Shown: piece after piece, positions 38,431 through 56,790 of the stretch | Position numbering within the stretch: position 1 is the stretch's first letter | Layout: each line of letters begins with the position of its first letter | From: Sphagnum compactum | Taxonomy: Eukaryota | Direction of reading: 5' to 3' | Assembly: GCA_965153455.1 (NCBI GenBank) | Contig: OZ234493.1 | Span: 13,196,213-13,260,212, forward strand | DNA length: 64,000 nucleotides | Translations under genes and position numbers: made by a program | The notes under the pieces: generated by a model | What the model was told of the DNA's origin: nothing | Database searches by the model: none | What the model saw: only the letters and a program-made list of their open reading frames with translations

Positions 38431-40398
38431 ATGCAAAGGTTGCATTAGTGTGGTATAGGAGGGCCAATGGGATCCCATCCCCCTTTGGTAATGACATAGA
38501 TTAGTTTATCCCACTTTTGATTAGGGTGTTGTTTTGGTCTTTAAGATTTAAAGTAACAATTTATTCTTGAGGCAACCACATATTTACCCTTATGACATGT
38601 TCCCCATTTTAGGTTAAGGTTGTTTTGGACTTGGGGCATTTTTTGCACATTTTTGCAACACATGTCACCCATTTTTTTAATTGAAAACATTTTACTTTCA
38701 TTTTGCACCATCTTGTGTTAAAAGTTAGAAATACATTCTCACATATTCTTATATGTATGCTTGACAAATTTATCAAAAAAATGATTCTAATCTTGCATTC
38801 AAACCAAATAATCTTTCTCTACCCCTAAAAATTAGAAGTTCAAACCTAAAAAGGAAAGCAATACCTTCATGTAGGTATTCTATAAACACCATGGATTGAA
38901 ATTTTTTGGTCTAGGCTATTGGAGGGGTATTGTTTGTGCCCAAAATTACTCAATGCACATGCAATACCCCTATTAAGGTATATTAGAAATCCTTTGGGCT
39001 CCATAACATTTTTAAAGAATCTTAGAGGGGTATTGCATAGCCCTAACAAAACCTAAAAGGAATGCAATACCCTCATGAGGATATTTTGTAAACAATATGG
39101 ATTAAATTATTTTAATCTAGGCTATTGGAAGGGTATTGCTTGTGCCCATAATTACTCAATGGGTGTGCAATACTTTTCTTAGGGTATATCAAAAATCTTT
39201 TGGGCTCCATCACATTTCTATTGAAACTTTGAGGGGTATTGCCTAAACCTACAAGGAAAACAATACCCTATTTGGGGTAATCTACAAACACCATGGGCTC
39301 AATTATTTTGGTTTGGGCTATTGGAGGGGCATTGCTCATGCCCAGAAATATTCAATTCACATGCACTACCTCTCTTCAAGTATCCCATAAAACCTTTGGG
39401 CTCCATAACATATCTTTTAGAATTTAGAAAGGTATTGCATAGCCCTAGCAAAACCTAGAAGGAAAATAATACCCACATCATTTTGTGATAATATCGTAAA
39501 CCGTGAAACAAAAGAATTTTTTTAAAGATATTTATTCCATGTTCACTATATCATACTAGACATTGATTCAAGTAAATGAAGGTATTTGCAAAATTCTTCA
39601 CATTGATGGTAGAATGTCACTTGAAAAAAGTTATGTAATTTCAATGCAATACCTCATCTTCTTGGGATATTTGCATTCACCATGAAACTTGGACGGGTAT
39701 TGTGTAGCCCTACCAAAACCTAAAAGGAATACAATACTTGCACCATATTGTGACAATATCTTAAACCATGATACAAATGAGGGTATTGTCAAGTTGGTCA
39801 CATTGATGGTAAAAAGTAATGAAACTATCACTAAAATGAGGGTATTGTAGTTACACTCCAAAAATTTGTTCAAGTACACACCTTATACCATCAATGTGGC
39901 AAATATTGCAATACCCTCATTTACATATACCAACAATTTTGCATTGGTCCATTAAACAATTCTTATCATTTATGAGTTTGAAAATGTCTTTCAACTATAT
40001 TTAATGTTTACTTAAATTTTTAACATAAAATAATCATTAAAATGTTATATGTATAAGAATGCAAAAATAATAAAAAATCCACACATTAATTAATCAAGTA
40101 TATCATTTTTTGATATATTGTAAAATAAATTTTATATAGAAGTAAGAAAATACATTAACTAAATGTACATGATATTAGGTACTTATATTTCAAAAATCAA
40201 TTAAAACCTTGATTCTTAAACCTTAACCCTAAACCTTGATTGAAGGAAGTTAGGGTTTTTACTAAAAGGATTTTTTTAATGTTCCAAAGAAAAAAAACCA
40301 ACAAGGAAGAAGATTTTGTTAATGCTAAGGTTGATGAAAGATGCTTATGGCTTACTTGGCAATATTGATAAATGATACGATACATTGCTAAGTTGCAA

Positions 40399-40640
40399 GA
40401 AATTCCAATTGCATTTTGGAAGGAGCATAACTCAACAATGTAAGAGGTCTTAACTCTACACGGAGGAGACAACAGATGTAGTTGGCAAGTGACCTTATGC
40501 AATACAAAATTCTATAATCATTAAAAAGCATTTGCAATGGACCATTGCTTGAAGAAGGGGGAACATTTGGTGTTTACTCTTATTAAAGTGATTGCTTTGG
40601 TGTTCATATATTTGATGAATTTAGTTTTGAAAAAGAAATC
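40399..40640 (+). pseudogene. B3 DNA-binding domain (REM-like) gene relic
   Basis: EIPIAFWKEH...VLTLHGGDNRCSWQVTL...KF.N.*KAFAMDHCLKKGEHLVFTL, then after a frameshift FGVHIFDEF.FEK. This matches the B3 pattern IP..F...W.V...GW..F..DH.L..GD.LVF...F.V.IFD. Confidence 0.65.
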
Positions 40641-42711
40641 CCTAAAGGCTTATCAAGCCAAAGACTAAGGCAACACCTTGATTATATTCAATTAAGGCAA
40701 GATGATGACATCACTAAATCAAGGGTATCTGAGAAGCAAAAACCACCTAGAGCTGAGATGGAAGAAAATGGAACTTGGGCACATTCACCCAATGTCGAAA
40801 ATGATTCTAGTACTACTCTTTGATCATCACAGACAAGTCTAATCACATGAGGTAACATATAGATTAATTGCATGAAGGACATGATTTCTACCAACCATTT
40901 CACCAGCTACTTGATGCCCATGTTTTCTCCTGGAAAATATACTATATATTTTTAATCAAAATGTCAATTTGATGATTTGGGTGGTGAACATCTTAAGATA
41001 GTTCCATTCACAACAGAATCATTGTTGTGTTCAACGAAAGTTGGAGGATTCAACATCATCATGCCTGATGTAGTAATAACTTAATCAGAACAACTATAGT
41101 GTTGTCTAACTCATTGGTGGATTCAATCTGCACAAGGAATTGCATGGTCGATCATGTTTAACTTCTCAAGGTGTTAAAGAGTATTGCATAACAACTTAGC
41201 CTTCACAAAGTTTTTGAATCCACACAAACTTTGGCATGGCTTCCAAAAGCTTATAAACATTTTCATAACCAGCTATTTTTTGGTCCAAATCACACCCGAA
41301 ATGAGATTTGAAGGTTTTGTGGAGCTTCCAAGAACAAACCCTCTTCTGTGAACAAACAACAATTCGAACACTAATTCCTTGTAGTTAACTATCATTTTTA
41401 AAACATTATGGAAGTTAGTTATATTGTTGCAATGATATTGGCGTGGTGGGAGATGGAGAACCTACCTCCTCCACCCTATAATTTACTAGAGTGTTCCCAT
41501 GTTATTCTATAACACACTTTGGTTTTCCACCACAAAGAGAATTTGGGCTTGTCCAGTGTGCAAGCGCTTATCCAAGTGCTTGGAAGGATTATCTAAAGTT
41601 GTCTATATTATTGTCACCAAATCAAGCATATGCTTACAACATTACTATTGCATTTCATCATCATTTAGTTAAAAAAAACTCGACTTCAATTATCTTGTCA
41701 ATTTGATGGTAGAGAATTTATAGGGGATTGGAAAATAAGTAATTTCCTTCTTCCTATTTGCTTGCAAGTTAGAAGAAGCATGACAATTGTGTGTTTATTG
41801 TGCAGCTAATGTGGGACATTACTTAATGTGGGGGAGCCAGAGGTTACATTTAGTACATATTATAAATCTTCATTGCCACTACTTTGTTACAAAATTCCAA
41901 AGCCTCAAATTGGAAGTAACAACTTACATAATTTATATATTGGTTTCATGATGCACTATTTTCACTTTTCATTTTGAAATTTTGCAATTGTACTTAAAGA
42001 ATTTGACTCACAACTCATTTGGACTACAACCCATTAATTGTGGCCATTGATGAGGTTATTACCTTAATTTTGTTGTTGCAAAAGTTGCAAGGGATATGGT
42101 GTGATAATGTCCTGATTTTGAGTCAATTGATAGGCAAATGATTTTGAAAGGATTTAAACTCACTTATCATTTCATTCTACATGTTTAAATTTCTAATTTT
42201 CATGAAGTTGTTGCATATCAATAGGTATTCAAGGAAAGCAACAACAAAAAGAATAAAAGAATATTACATAATCTGACCCAAATTTGGGTTCTCAAAAACT
42301 CTCTAAATTAGTATTGCACATTCAATATTACACACACAAACCATGGCATTGCTAATGATTTCAATGGATTGATGATTTCTAGAAAAATTCATGTAATGTA
42401 ACAACCACCTTTAATGTAGGGGATGCATGAAAATGGAGACAAAACTATGACTAGGAAATTATTTCGGGTTTAACTTTCTATAGGTTGATAATATTTTAAT
42501 TTATAATCATCATAAATGCAAGGATTTAATTTATGGATCCTAGGTAAAATCATGTTGCATCCATCACAAGATGATTACATACCATAGCCCAACTGATGAA
42601 TTCAATTACTACTTTTAGAGCATTTGGAGCACAAATTTTAAACAAACACAATTGGAAGAAATTTCAAGGTTGTAGAAGCCTCATCTAAAGAATGGACCTC
42701 TGAAGAATACC

Positions 42712-45147
42712 TAGGCCTCCTAAAATTATGGATTTCTAAAAATGGCGCTCAGATTTCCATAAAATAAGTTTGGAATTGTCCATAAAATAGGAAAAAAATT
42801 ATACACTCGCGGCAACTGGCAGTGGGGTTTCTTCAATAGGGTCTAGCATTTTTGTTCGTCTGTGCGCCATGAAGTCGACCCCATTCTAGACAAAGCATGA
42901 CTTGGAGTTTAGCCTGGAGGTTGTCTCCGAGGATGCCAAAGGAAATGTGATCATGCAATGCCTTTTCTGCGTCCACGAAGGCCGGGACAACGTGGAGGTC
43001 GGTAGTAGTTCGGGCCATAAGCGAAAGGCGACCTCAACCATCAAATATTTCACGAAGCCGTTCACTCCCTTCAACTATTGCTGCCATTTGAAGCAGCATG
43101 CTAAGTCGTGGGTCGCCTACCAGGCGCTGTCTGACCATGACAAAAAAGAGTACTTCAAGAGCAAGGTGAAGCGCATCAACAGTTTGCACCAGCACATGGA
43201 CCTAACCATGGACTCGATCAAATTTGTTATCTCGGCTGACATTGTCGATACGATCACTGGTGATATTTTCTTCCGTAATGACGAATAGTTGCTCAATGAT
43301 AACGACAGTGATGATGATACTGCAATGGTTGAGGCGATTGCGAAGAGGGCCGCCAAGAAGTCCAAGGAGAAGATCAATGCCATGAAGTTGTTCATCAAAC
43401 AATCCGATGAGTCGACGTACAAGGTCACAATCAAGAACGTCACATGTTTTGAACTGGTGATGGACCATGTCTCGATCGGCATGTCGTTCTGGCAAATAAC
43501 AGCAACCATCCAGCAAGCCAAGGACCGCACCAAGATGGCCAAGTTGGCAGGAATCAATGACCTAATTGTTAGTCAGTACGTCTGGGTCGTGGTCACCGTT
43601 GCTTTGTAGAACATTTCCGACATCATCGATGACGAATTTGTTTAGGTAATCTCGTTGGCTGGTGACAACAGCACGCACCGTGGATAGTCTTCCTTTGATC
43701 TACACCTGCATGCCTGCTACTGCGGTGATCTCACGAACCTCCACCTGGTCGCCGTCCCCATGTTCGAACGCCACACCACTAAGAACGTTCAACATGGTCG
43801 TCAAGTTTCTCGACGCATTGTACAACTGGTGGTGTGACAAGCTGATCGGAATGTCGTCTGATGGAGAGAACACGATGATCGATCGTCACTCTGGGTTCGT
43901 CACGTGCATGGTTCGATCCAATTCTAACAAGGTGTTGCACGTCTAGTGCACACCACATCAGATTGATATTGTCGTCAAGGCTTCGATTGAGTCAATCTTG
44001 GACGGCTCTTGGATCAAATTCGCATACAGCTAGTTGATATTTCTGTGGTTGCAAGACAATCTTATAATCGCCATGAACGTCAAATGCTCGAAGAACCAAT
44101 CGATGGGTGCATTTGGGACGTTTACTCAAGTTCTTCCAACAGTACCGGCGTTAGTTGATCGCCTATATGATTGAGAAGCGCCTTGTAGATGCCCCATCCT
44201 CCATTTGGTGGGTCATCACCTATTCGATCGCTCTGGTTGTCGACGCAGTCAATGTCACCTTCATCGTGTTGTAGGATAGGTCGCTTTTGCTCGCCCAGTA
44301 GGAGCAACGTATTAAGATGCTGATCGGCACCATTTTGATAATGTTCAGCATTGAGATGATCGAGGAGCTCAACGGGGGCGATAACGAAAGAGTGGACGAC
44401 TATGTCAATTTCGAGCAATGGTGCATCAATGTCGACTCAATTGTTGCCCACATCAAGGACCAAGGGTCGTTCCCTTGGCAGTGTTACGAAAAGCTGGACG
44501 CTGCCGATCAGGAACTCGTCGTTAAGGAGATTGGCATGTTTGTGATGGAACTGGTCGCCGGCCTCCAGGATGTCAAAACCGAGCAGGATGACATGAATAG
44601 ACCCCTCAATTCAGATTTGTCGCCGGTGCTGCCTACTCAGCTAGTTAAGTTCCGCACCGGCGTGTTCATCCGGGAGGTGCTAGACCCTTTTTGCGCTCAT
44701 ATTTCAAAGTTTTAGCCGGTTGAAAAGATCAACCTAATTGAGGACGAGCATCGTGATCTACTCAAGGTCTATAATTCAAACCCAATTCTGAAAGCCGCAA
44801 TCGATAAGCAAGACCATCAGACATCATTCAACCCTGGATGGGACATCTTACCAGCTAGCCGATTCGATTCCCTGCGTGCATTTGTTGGTGTCTGGCCACC
44901 GTGTTCGCCAACACAACATCAGTTGAGTTTGATTTTTCGATCCTTAAATGGGAGATGGATGAAAACCAGACCTTTTTGATGCATCTGTCATTGGAAGGTA
45001 TCTTCCAAGCTAAGCATTGTTCAATGCTGTAAGCATTAATTGCATGATAATACATAGTTTGTGCCAATCCATAATTCAAGTCCAGTAGTGTCCATAATTT
45101 AGCTTAATTTATTTGATTTTTGGAAATCTATAACTTTATGAGGCTTG
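42712..45147 (+). mobile_element. hAT-superfamily DNA transposon, full length (2436 bp), inactive
   Basis: 31-bp TIRs 42712-42742 and 45117-45147 (25/31 match). 8-bp TSD AGAATACC/AGAATCCC. Internal transposase pseudogene. Confidence 0.85.
42869..45032 (+). pseudogene. hAT-like DDE transposase pseudogene
   Basis: ATG at 42869. Motifs: N-terminal C.FC...H.KQH, SLAGDNSTH (D), MSSDGENTM (D), CTPH (CxxH), TSVEFDFSILKWE (E, hAT dimerization-like). Interrupted by TAG stops and frameshifts. Confidence 0.8.
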
Positions 45148-47564
45148 AGAATCCCCACCTTTGCCCCACCTTCTTCCTCCATCAAATGTTTAATTACAAT
45201 TTCTACTAAGTTAATATAATTATGCAAATATTATATTTTTATAAATGAAAAAATATAAATTTCACACGTTAATAAACTAAGCATATCATCATTTAGTACA
45301 TTGTGAACTAAAATTTACATAAAATTAATTTACAAAGACTACTTACATAATATCAGTAACTTATATTTCAAACTTCAATTACAATATTTCAATTTACATA
45401 GAAATAATATTCAATTGCATGCATTAATAAAATATACAATGTTAATAACTTATATTTTGGAATTTTTAAATTCTCATTAAAATAAAATTTACAAAAAAAA
45501 TTGCATTATACATAACCATGGGTTTGTATACATAATTAAAAATATATATATACATAAATCAATTCTTATCATATTTTAAATAAATATGAAGACATTTATA
45601 TGTATTAAAATTAATCAAAATTATAATTCCATAATATCATTAATTATATACAATGTACTATGTTATAAATAACAATATAATTAGACCAATATTTAAGCCA
45701 ATATTTTACATCATAAAAAATAAAATTTACATAAGGACTTGTGTCATATCTTTATAAAATATAAAATATTATGACCTATTATATAATTATTTTAGGCTAC
45801 AAATTATTTATTATATGTCCCAAAAAAATTCAATCATACATAGGATTAATAAATGGGAAAGACCATGTTTATTATTATGCAAACCATTAAAAAAAGTAAA
45901 AATCATGTGCATTAATTAAAGTTTTAAAACATGCATTAAAATCTTATTAAATTAGAGACTTTTTATTTTTATTTTTTGAAATGAGTTTACAACTTTAAGA
46001 GGGAAAAACATAAATATGTACATCATTGAAAAAATGTTAAGCATGAATTTTTAATTTTTTGATTTTGACAAATTCTGAATTCTAACATTAATTAGTAAAT
46101 TTTACATTAAACCCTAAACCCTTGTACCATCAATGTGACCAATTTTGCATTATGTTCATTTATATATATGTTAAATCATATTGTAAGGTGAATAAATAAT
46201 TTTGAAAACATGAATTTCATAATATATTTGCAGGGAATCAAGTATTTTTTTAAAAACTTATGTTTCATGGTGAGTGCAAATATTTCATGATGATGTAGGT
46301 ATTGCATTTAAATTCCATAATTTTGTTCAAGTGACCTTTTACCATCAATGTGAAGGACTTTGCAATACTTTCATTTACTTGAATCAATATGTAAGGCTTG
46401 TTATATTGAGCATGGAATAAATATTTTTTAAAAATCCTTTTGTTTCATGGTTTAAGATATTATTGCAATATGATGCAAGTATTCCTTTCTTTCTAGGTTT
46501 TGGTATGGCTATGTAATACCCTTGCAAGTTTCAAAAGATATGTTATAGAGCCCAAATGATTTTTGGGATACCTTGCAAGGGGTAATGCATGTGCATTGAA
46601 TATTCTTATGCGTGAGCAATACCCCTCTGATAGTCTAGACCAAAATATTTTAGCCCATGTTGGTAAGGCTATGCATTACCCCTCCAAGTTTGAAAATATA
46701 TGTTATGGAGCCCAATGTGTTTCTAGGATAACTTATAAGGGTTATTGTAGGTGTTGTGTCATTTTGAACATGAACAATACCCCTCCAATAGTGTAGACCC
46801 ATGGTGTTTAATTACTAAATACCTTAGTGAAGGTATTGGTTTTTTTGTAGGTTTTGGTAGGGTTACGCAATCCCCCTTCACGTGTCAAAAGATATGTCAT
46901 GGAGCCCGATGTATTTTTGGGATACCTTTTGAGGGGTTTTGCATCCCTTCTAGGCTTTGGTAAGGCTATGCAGTGCTCCTCCAAGTTTCAAAAGATATGT
47001 TATGGAGCCCAATGTTTTTCTGGGATACCCTGCGAGGGGTATTGCAAATGTATTGAGTAGTTTTGGGCATGAACAATACCTTTCCACATGTCAAAAAATA
47101 TGTTATGGAGCCCAATGTATTTTTGGGATACTTTGAAAAGGGTATTGCATGTTCATTGAATCTATTTGGGCATGAACAATATTCCTTTAATAGCCTAGAC
47201 CATAATTTAGCCTATGGTGTTTATACTGTAGCCCAATGAGGGTATTGTATTCCTCTAGGTTTTGGTAGGGTATACAATACCCTTCCAATTGTCGAAAGAT
47301 ATGATATGGAGCCCAAATTATTTCAAGAATACCTGGAATGGGGTATTGCACGTTCATTGAATATTTTGCTTTATGAACCTGAGTACAACATGCAATAAAT
47401 GCGTTTAAATTGAACTGGAGCTCCATATCATTTTGATTATCCATTTGGTTTGCAATACCCCCATGGAAAACACTATGTGAACAAAACTTGCAATACCCTT
47501 ACATTAGTGTGTGCCTCGTGCCTAATGCACAGGTGTGTTATTTCAACAATGTTTGGTTCAACCT

Positions 47565-47727
47565 CGTCGACCCCCCCCCCCCGCCCGGTCCTTCGCATTT
47601 CCCACTCCGGTTCTTTAACCCGTCGAGCCCCCCCCCGCCCGGTCCTTCGCATTTCCCACTCCGGGTCTTTAACCCGTCGATCCCCCTCGGCCCGGTCCTT
47701 CGCATTTCCCACTCCAGTTCTTTAACC
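47565..47727 (+). repeat. GC-rich ~55-bp tandem repeat x3
   Basis: CGTCGA(C)nGCCCGGTCCTTCGCATTTCCCACTCCGGTTCTTTAACC repeated three times. Confidence 0.9.
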
Positions 47728-49489
47728 TTTCGGTTCCGGTTCTTGAGAACCCAACAGGAACAAAAGAACCGTCAGTTCCTTTCATTTCAATAACCTTGCT
47801 GAGCTCATAGTTTTCGTGGAAGAACTGGAAGTTCTTTGACTTTGTCATTATTTTGAGGCCCATAACTATGTACCAAGACTACCTTTTTTTTAGCTACTGT
47901 CCGTGGCCACTGTCCGTCCGGCTTCAGGGGAGGCTTCATTCACAGCCGCCGCCATCGCTCCTACTATTGCTATTCCTGCTGCTGCGGCTCTTGTTGCTGT
48001 AAATAGACAGATTTCATCCATCCAGATGGATGACGAGACGGATGACGATCCGGGCGGCTTCAGGGGAGGCTTCATTGTCGGTACCATTGTTCCTTTACTA
48101 CATGTAATAAGGGGTGTTCAATATTTTAATCATCCCCTTATTCATTTTGTTTGAATGAACAAGAACAAGCTCCATGCAATACCTTCATTTTATTCGTTTC
48201 TCATCGTTGTCAACGGTCGGGGGTCTATTGGAGTGACAACCATGTAGGTAGGTGTAGCCATGTAGGTGGGGTTTGGTAAGTACCTACTTAAAGTGTTGGT
48301 AGGTAGGTGGGGATGAAAGTAGCACATTTTACATTTATAGGTGAATAGATAGATGGGGAAGAATCTATTTTTAATTTAAATATATAGGTGAGTAGGTGGG
48401 GGGTGGGAAAAGTTAATAAAAAATAAATAAATAAAATTTTTTAAAAAAAAACTGGTTGGGGGGCAGGGAGAAAATAAAGTTCCCCCCCCAAAAAAAAAAC
48501 AGAGATCAGGGAAAATAAAAACTGGGAAGGGGGCGGGGAAAAAACAAAGTTGCAAAAAAAAAAACTGAGATCAGGGCTGAGAAAGGACAAACAGAATTTA
48601 TTTTTTTTCTAAAACAACCTTATTATGTTAAAATAAAGATGCCAATTGTTTAAATTTTTTTACATGAGTTATTATGTTAAGTTTTACTATGCATTATTAG
48701 ACGTGAAAAGGGTTCTGATTTTTACCTATTTTAATATGACAATTTACATTGAGTTTGAGCTCTTTAATTATTAGCTTGTGTGTTTTTTGTTAACTAAATG
48801 TTTTTAATTAAAAAATTCTGCTTTTGTGGCAAGTTGGCACTTTTTTTTTTGCTTGGTTGCACTTAAAAATTGTTGTTGTTTTAAAATTCAAAAAAAACTG
48901 TATTCATTGTTGTTAGTTTACACAACTTAACACAAAACAACACTAACATTGTCAAAGACACTAATATTTTGTCTTAGATTTTTTTCATTATGATTACACT
49001 TATAAAAAAAAGATTTGCAAATATTTTGTGCTACTAATAATAAGTGTGTTAATGACTCTAAAAATAGTGTTTCTTACTAAAACAGATGATTACCAAATAA
49101 ATAATAAATAAATAAATTGACACAAACAAGAATGTGACTAAAATGGGTATGATTATAAAAAAGGTGTGAATTAAAAAAATTCCCAAAATAAATCTCATAC
49201 TAATTTTTAGACCACTGAACATGTGAATTTATTTATTGGGTTCAATATTTGTGTTGTTTTTTTTGTTTTGTTTTTTTTCATTTTCAGTTGACTTTCCTTC
49301 ACTACGAAGTCGTAATGAATTAATTCTATTGAATTTTTGGACCAAATCTGACCCCATGCCGAGTTTGGAGTGAGAAGGAAGAGAAGCGCGAGGAAGAAGA
49401 AGACGAGGACGACGAAGAAGAAGAAGAAGCGGAGCGCGGTCGATCGGTCGATTGCGTGAAGCGGATTTGATTTCTGTTTTCTTGGTGTT

Positions 49490-53839
<4,350 letters not shown>

Positions 53840-55000
53840 AATTGGACCAAGAGAAAGTCTTGGTTCAACAAGAATGCAGACACACGATGGTGTGCCAAAC
53901 TTCATGGTTATATCAGCTTTTGTCTTATGTTTTATTCTCCATGCCTTCTCAGTGGGGAATCATGTCATCATCCTCTATGTTCAACAAATTGTAATGCTCT
54001 TGACAAAAATTTGGCCTTGTTTGCAGTCTTGTGACCCTGATGCCTCAAGGTATTTGTGTCATCATCTAGTTATTAGTGAAGCCCAGGCCATGTTTTATTT
54101 TTATTTTTTCCCGCTTTTGTTTGAACCAGAGCTCGAGTGATGCTGTATTAACAAGACTTCGCTGCTATACTGGCGCATTGTACTGGTAGATCTTGTAAGG
54201 CCATTTCAAAACCCTACACTTCTTTCCTTCAATGGTTTGTCTTGACCATTCAATTTCTTTCCAAAATGTTTAGGAACGACTAATTTTTTGGTGAGGGAAA
54301 ATACAAGATCAAAATGTCTTCCAGGATTGGCAAGTGATTCTATGGCATTTCTCTTCTCCAAGTACTACTCAATCCACAGTACTTGAATTTTTTTCTTGGG
54401 AATTTTTTTCTCAGTACTTGTGGATTACACAAGATCACTGGATCTGCAACCAAACAGGAAACTGCTGATAGTACCACAAGGAGGTGTTGGGAAGTTTCAT
54501 GCCATTCCTCGCAAACTATGATGGGATGCCCATGGGCCAGCATAAAAAATGCAAGAGACTCTGTGGAGTTCCTTTGGAGTGCCGAGTCAATCGTTGTTGG
54601 CTTGGCAAGAGGCGGTGAGAAAGGTTTTAGCCAACACTAGGATTGTCCTGTTGAAAGCATATGCTCTGAAATCAAATTTTGGCATCCACCCAACTACCTA
54701 GTGCCCATTTAGTCCTTCTGTTTTCAAATTCCACAAAGCAAAATCAAGTGAAATGGATAGTACAAACCTTGTCCAAAACAGCCTGCCTTGTCAGAAAAGA
54801 AAGGGACCCTGAATGGGGAGAACTCTCAAGGACATATGATTGAATCATGAAAGCAATGCAGTTAATCATGGAAATCACGACCAAGCAGTTATCCATCACT
54901 CCAGAATCCACCTTTACAGTGATGCTAGGAATGGTGTACAAGAGACGATACTGCCTGTTATAGGGAGATGCTGAGCAATAGCACCATCTCCTCGTTTGCA

Positions 55001-55037
<37 letters not shown>

Positions 55038-55039
55038 AC
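55001..55039. repeat. (CT)n(CA)n microsatellite
   Basis: Directly visible. Confidence 0.9.
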
Positions 55040-56790
55040 TGCGCCTTCCAAACAAGATCCCTGAAACTGGGTCTGTGCATTGCATCATTCTAAGGGTTGT
55101 GGGAGAGAGTGAAGACAAACATGGGGATGAAGTTGTTAAGAAGAGATTTGTGCAAATCATGAAACAATGTTCGTCTTTCTAGAATGAAAGATACTACTTA
55201 CTACAATTGGGGTTTTTGCTTAGTTCTCCAGGAGAATGAGTATCCTTGACTTATAAGTGAACAAGGTTGCTGCATTGTGGTTATTATTTGATGGAAGAAA
55301 CTACAACCACAACAATGAAAACACCTCAGCAACGTCCAGAAGTTATAGTCATGATAGTCAAAGAGGTAGTCTTGATTGAATTGTAATACTCAAATTTTGG
55401 ATGATTTATGTGGATCTGACGTTTGGATTACAGGAAATTGTAATAATTTGTGACTAACAATGGGGTTCAGCTTACACCTAGTGTTTTTGTCTCTTTGTAT
55501 TTAAAACCACATGAATACTTCCCATGTTATTCTACATTCTGTTTTTTCCAAGAGGTCATGGTCGAATTGTTGGCCATGAACTGTGCCGCCCACTTCAAGT
55601 GCAGGCTTTGTTACACATGGCATTTGCATGATAACATCCTTAAGTCATGAAAATGGCAACATAGGTTGCTTTTAGTGGCACATGATAGTTTAAAAGTCTT
55701 TTTTCTAGAAGATTCAATTGTTTTGTTTCAAACCTGGCTCAATGTGAACAATATTTTGATGATTTGAATTGGAGTTTTTAACTCCTGAGTCATCATTTGT
55801 TTTAATGCTCCAATAAGAACTTCATTCATAAAACACAGAACACTGTATTGAACAATTAGATTCCTATCATCTCTGTGCACATTATGATGTCCTGATAGTC
55901 ATGTTCTGATTTCTATTCATGATTTGTGACCCTGTTCTATTTGGGTCAGTTTGTTGCCAGTTTTCTACAACTGAGTCACCAATTACACAACTAGATTGAA
56001 TCCTTTTTGAGATGGTCACTAATGATGCATCATGCTACACCAGAAAACTGAAACAAAAGAAACAAAAGAAACACCGGTTTACAGGAAGCCAAAAAACATT
56101 TCTTGATGGTGAATAAGACTTGCACATAAACATGGTCAATGAAAGTTCACAACTGGGCTTGGTCCAATTAGCATTGCATTTTATGACCCTTGAAAGCAAA
56201 AGCCCAAAAAAAAATTTACAGTATTGAGTGATGACACAAAAGGTCAGCATGCATCTCTAACAATACTTAAACGTTACAATTGATTACAGAAAAAATTTGA
56301 ATTTCAAAAACAATTTCAATTCCAAAAAAACTGCTCTGTAAAATCTAGTGATTTCAATCAACCTAGCATTCACAATGCTGAGCAATGATCGCATTTGTGC
56401 ACAACAATTATATAGTAAAGTACTCGAAGCTTCAGCTGAAGCCTCATATTTGTAATGCATCAAAAACTCTCAATACCAGACTTCCCACTTTTGGCTTTAT
56501 AGTTTTACAAATTTCAATTTCAATTAAGAGTTGTATACACCATCACAATTACCATTTTATGTTCATTCAATATTACATAGCAGGGACACCTTGTGCATCA
56601 CTATAGGTCCAACTACACAGGATATCAGGAAAAGTTACATTGCCATTCACAAAGTTGTAATGTGAAGCATTCTTCAGTCTCTCCCAGTAAACAGTTTCTG
56701 GTTGGCAGCAACACTGGTGCAGCATTCATAGTTAGAAGGTGAAACACTTACTAGGAACTCCTGCTTGGTTTTGCCTCCATGTGACATAGT

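Larger units (their letters stand above)
38860..47500. mobile_element. Large foldback-type structure with long modular inverted arms (~38860-39700 and ~46260-47500)
   Basis: 39480-39690 is the diverged reverse complement of 46260-46480. Both arms carry ~200-bp modules with GCAATACCC/GGGTATTGC and TGGGCTCCAT/ATGGAGCCCA in opposite orientation. Outer termini were not resolved. Confidence 0.7.

Noticed and set aside
47926-47945. miR166-like AGGCTTCATTC
   Set aside because: Only 11 nt match and no hairpin.
54340-55160. ORFs between MAPK and GLYI, faintly LINE-RT-like on the minus strand
   Set aside because: Similarity too weak to call without a profile search.
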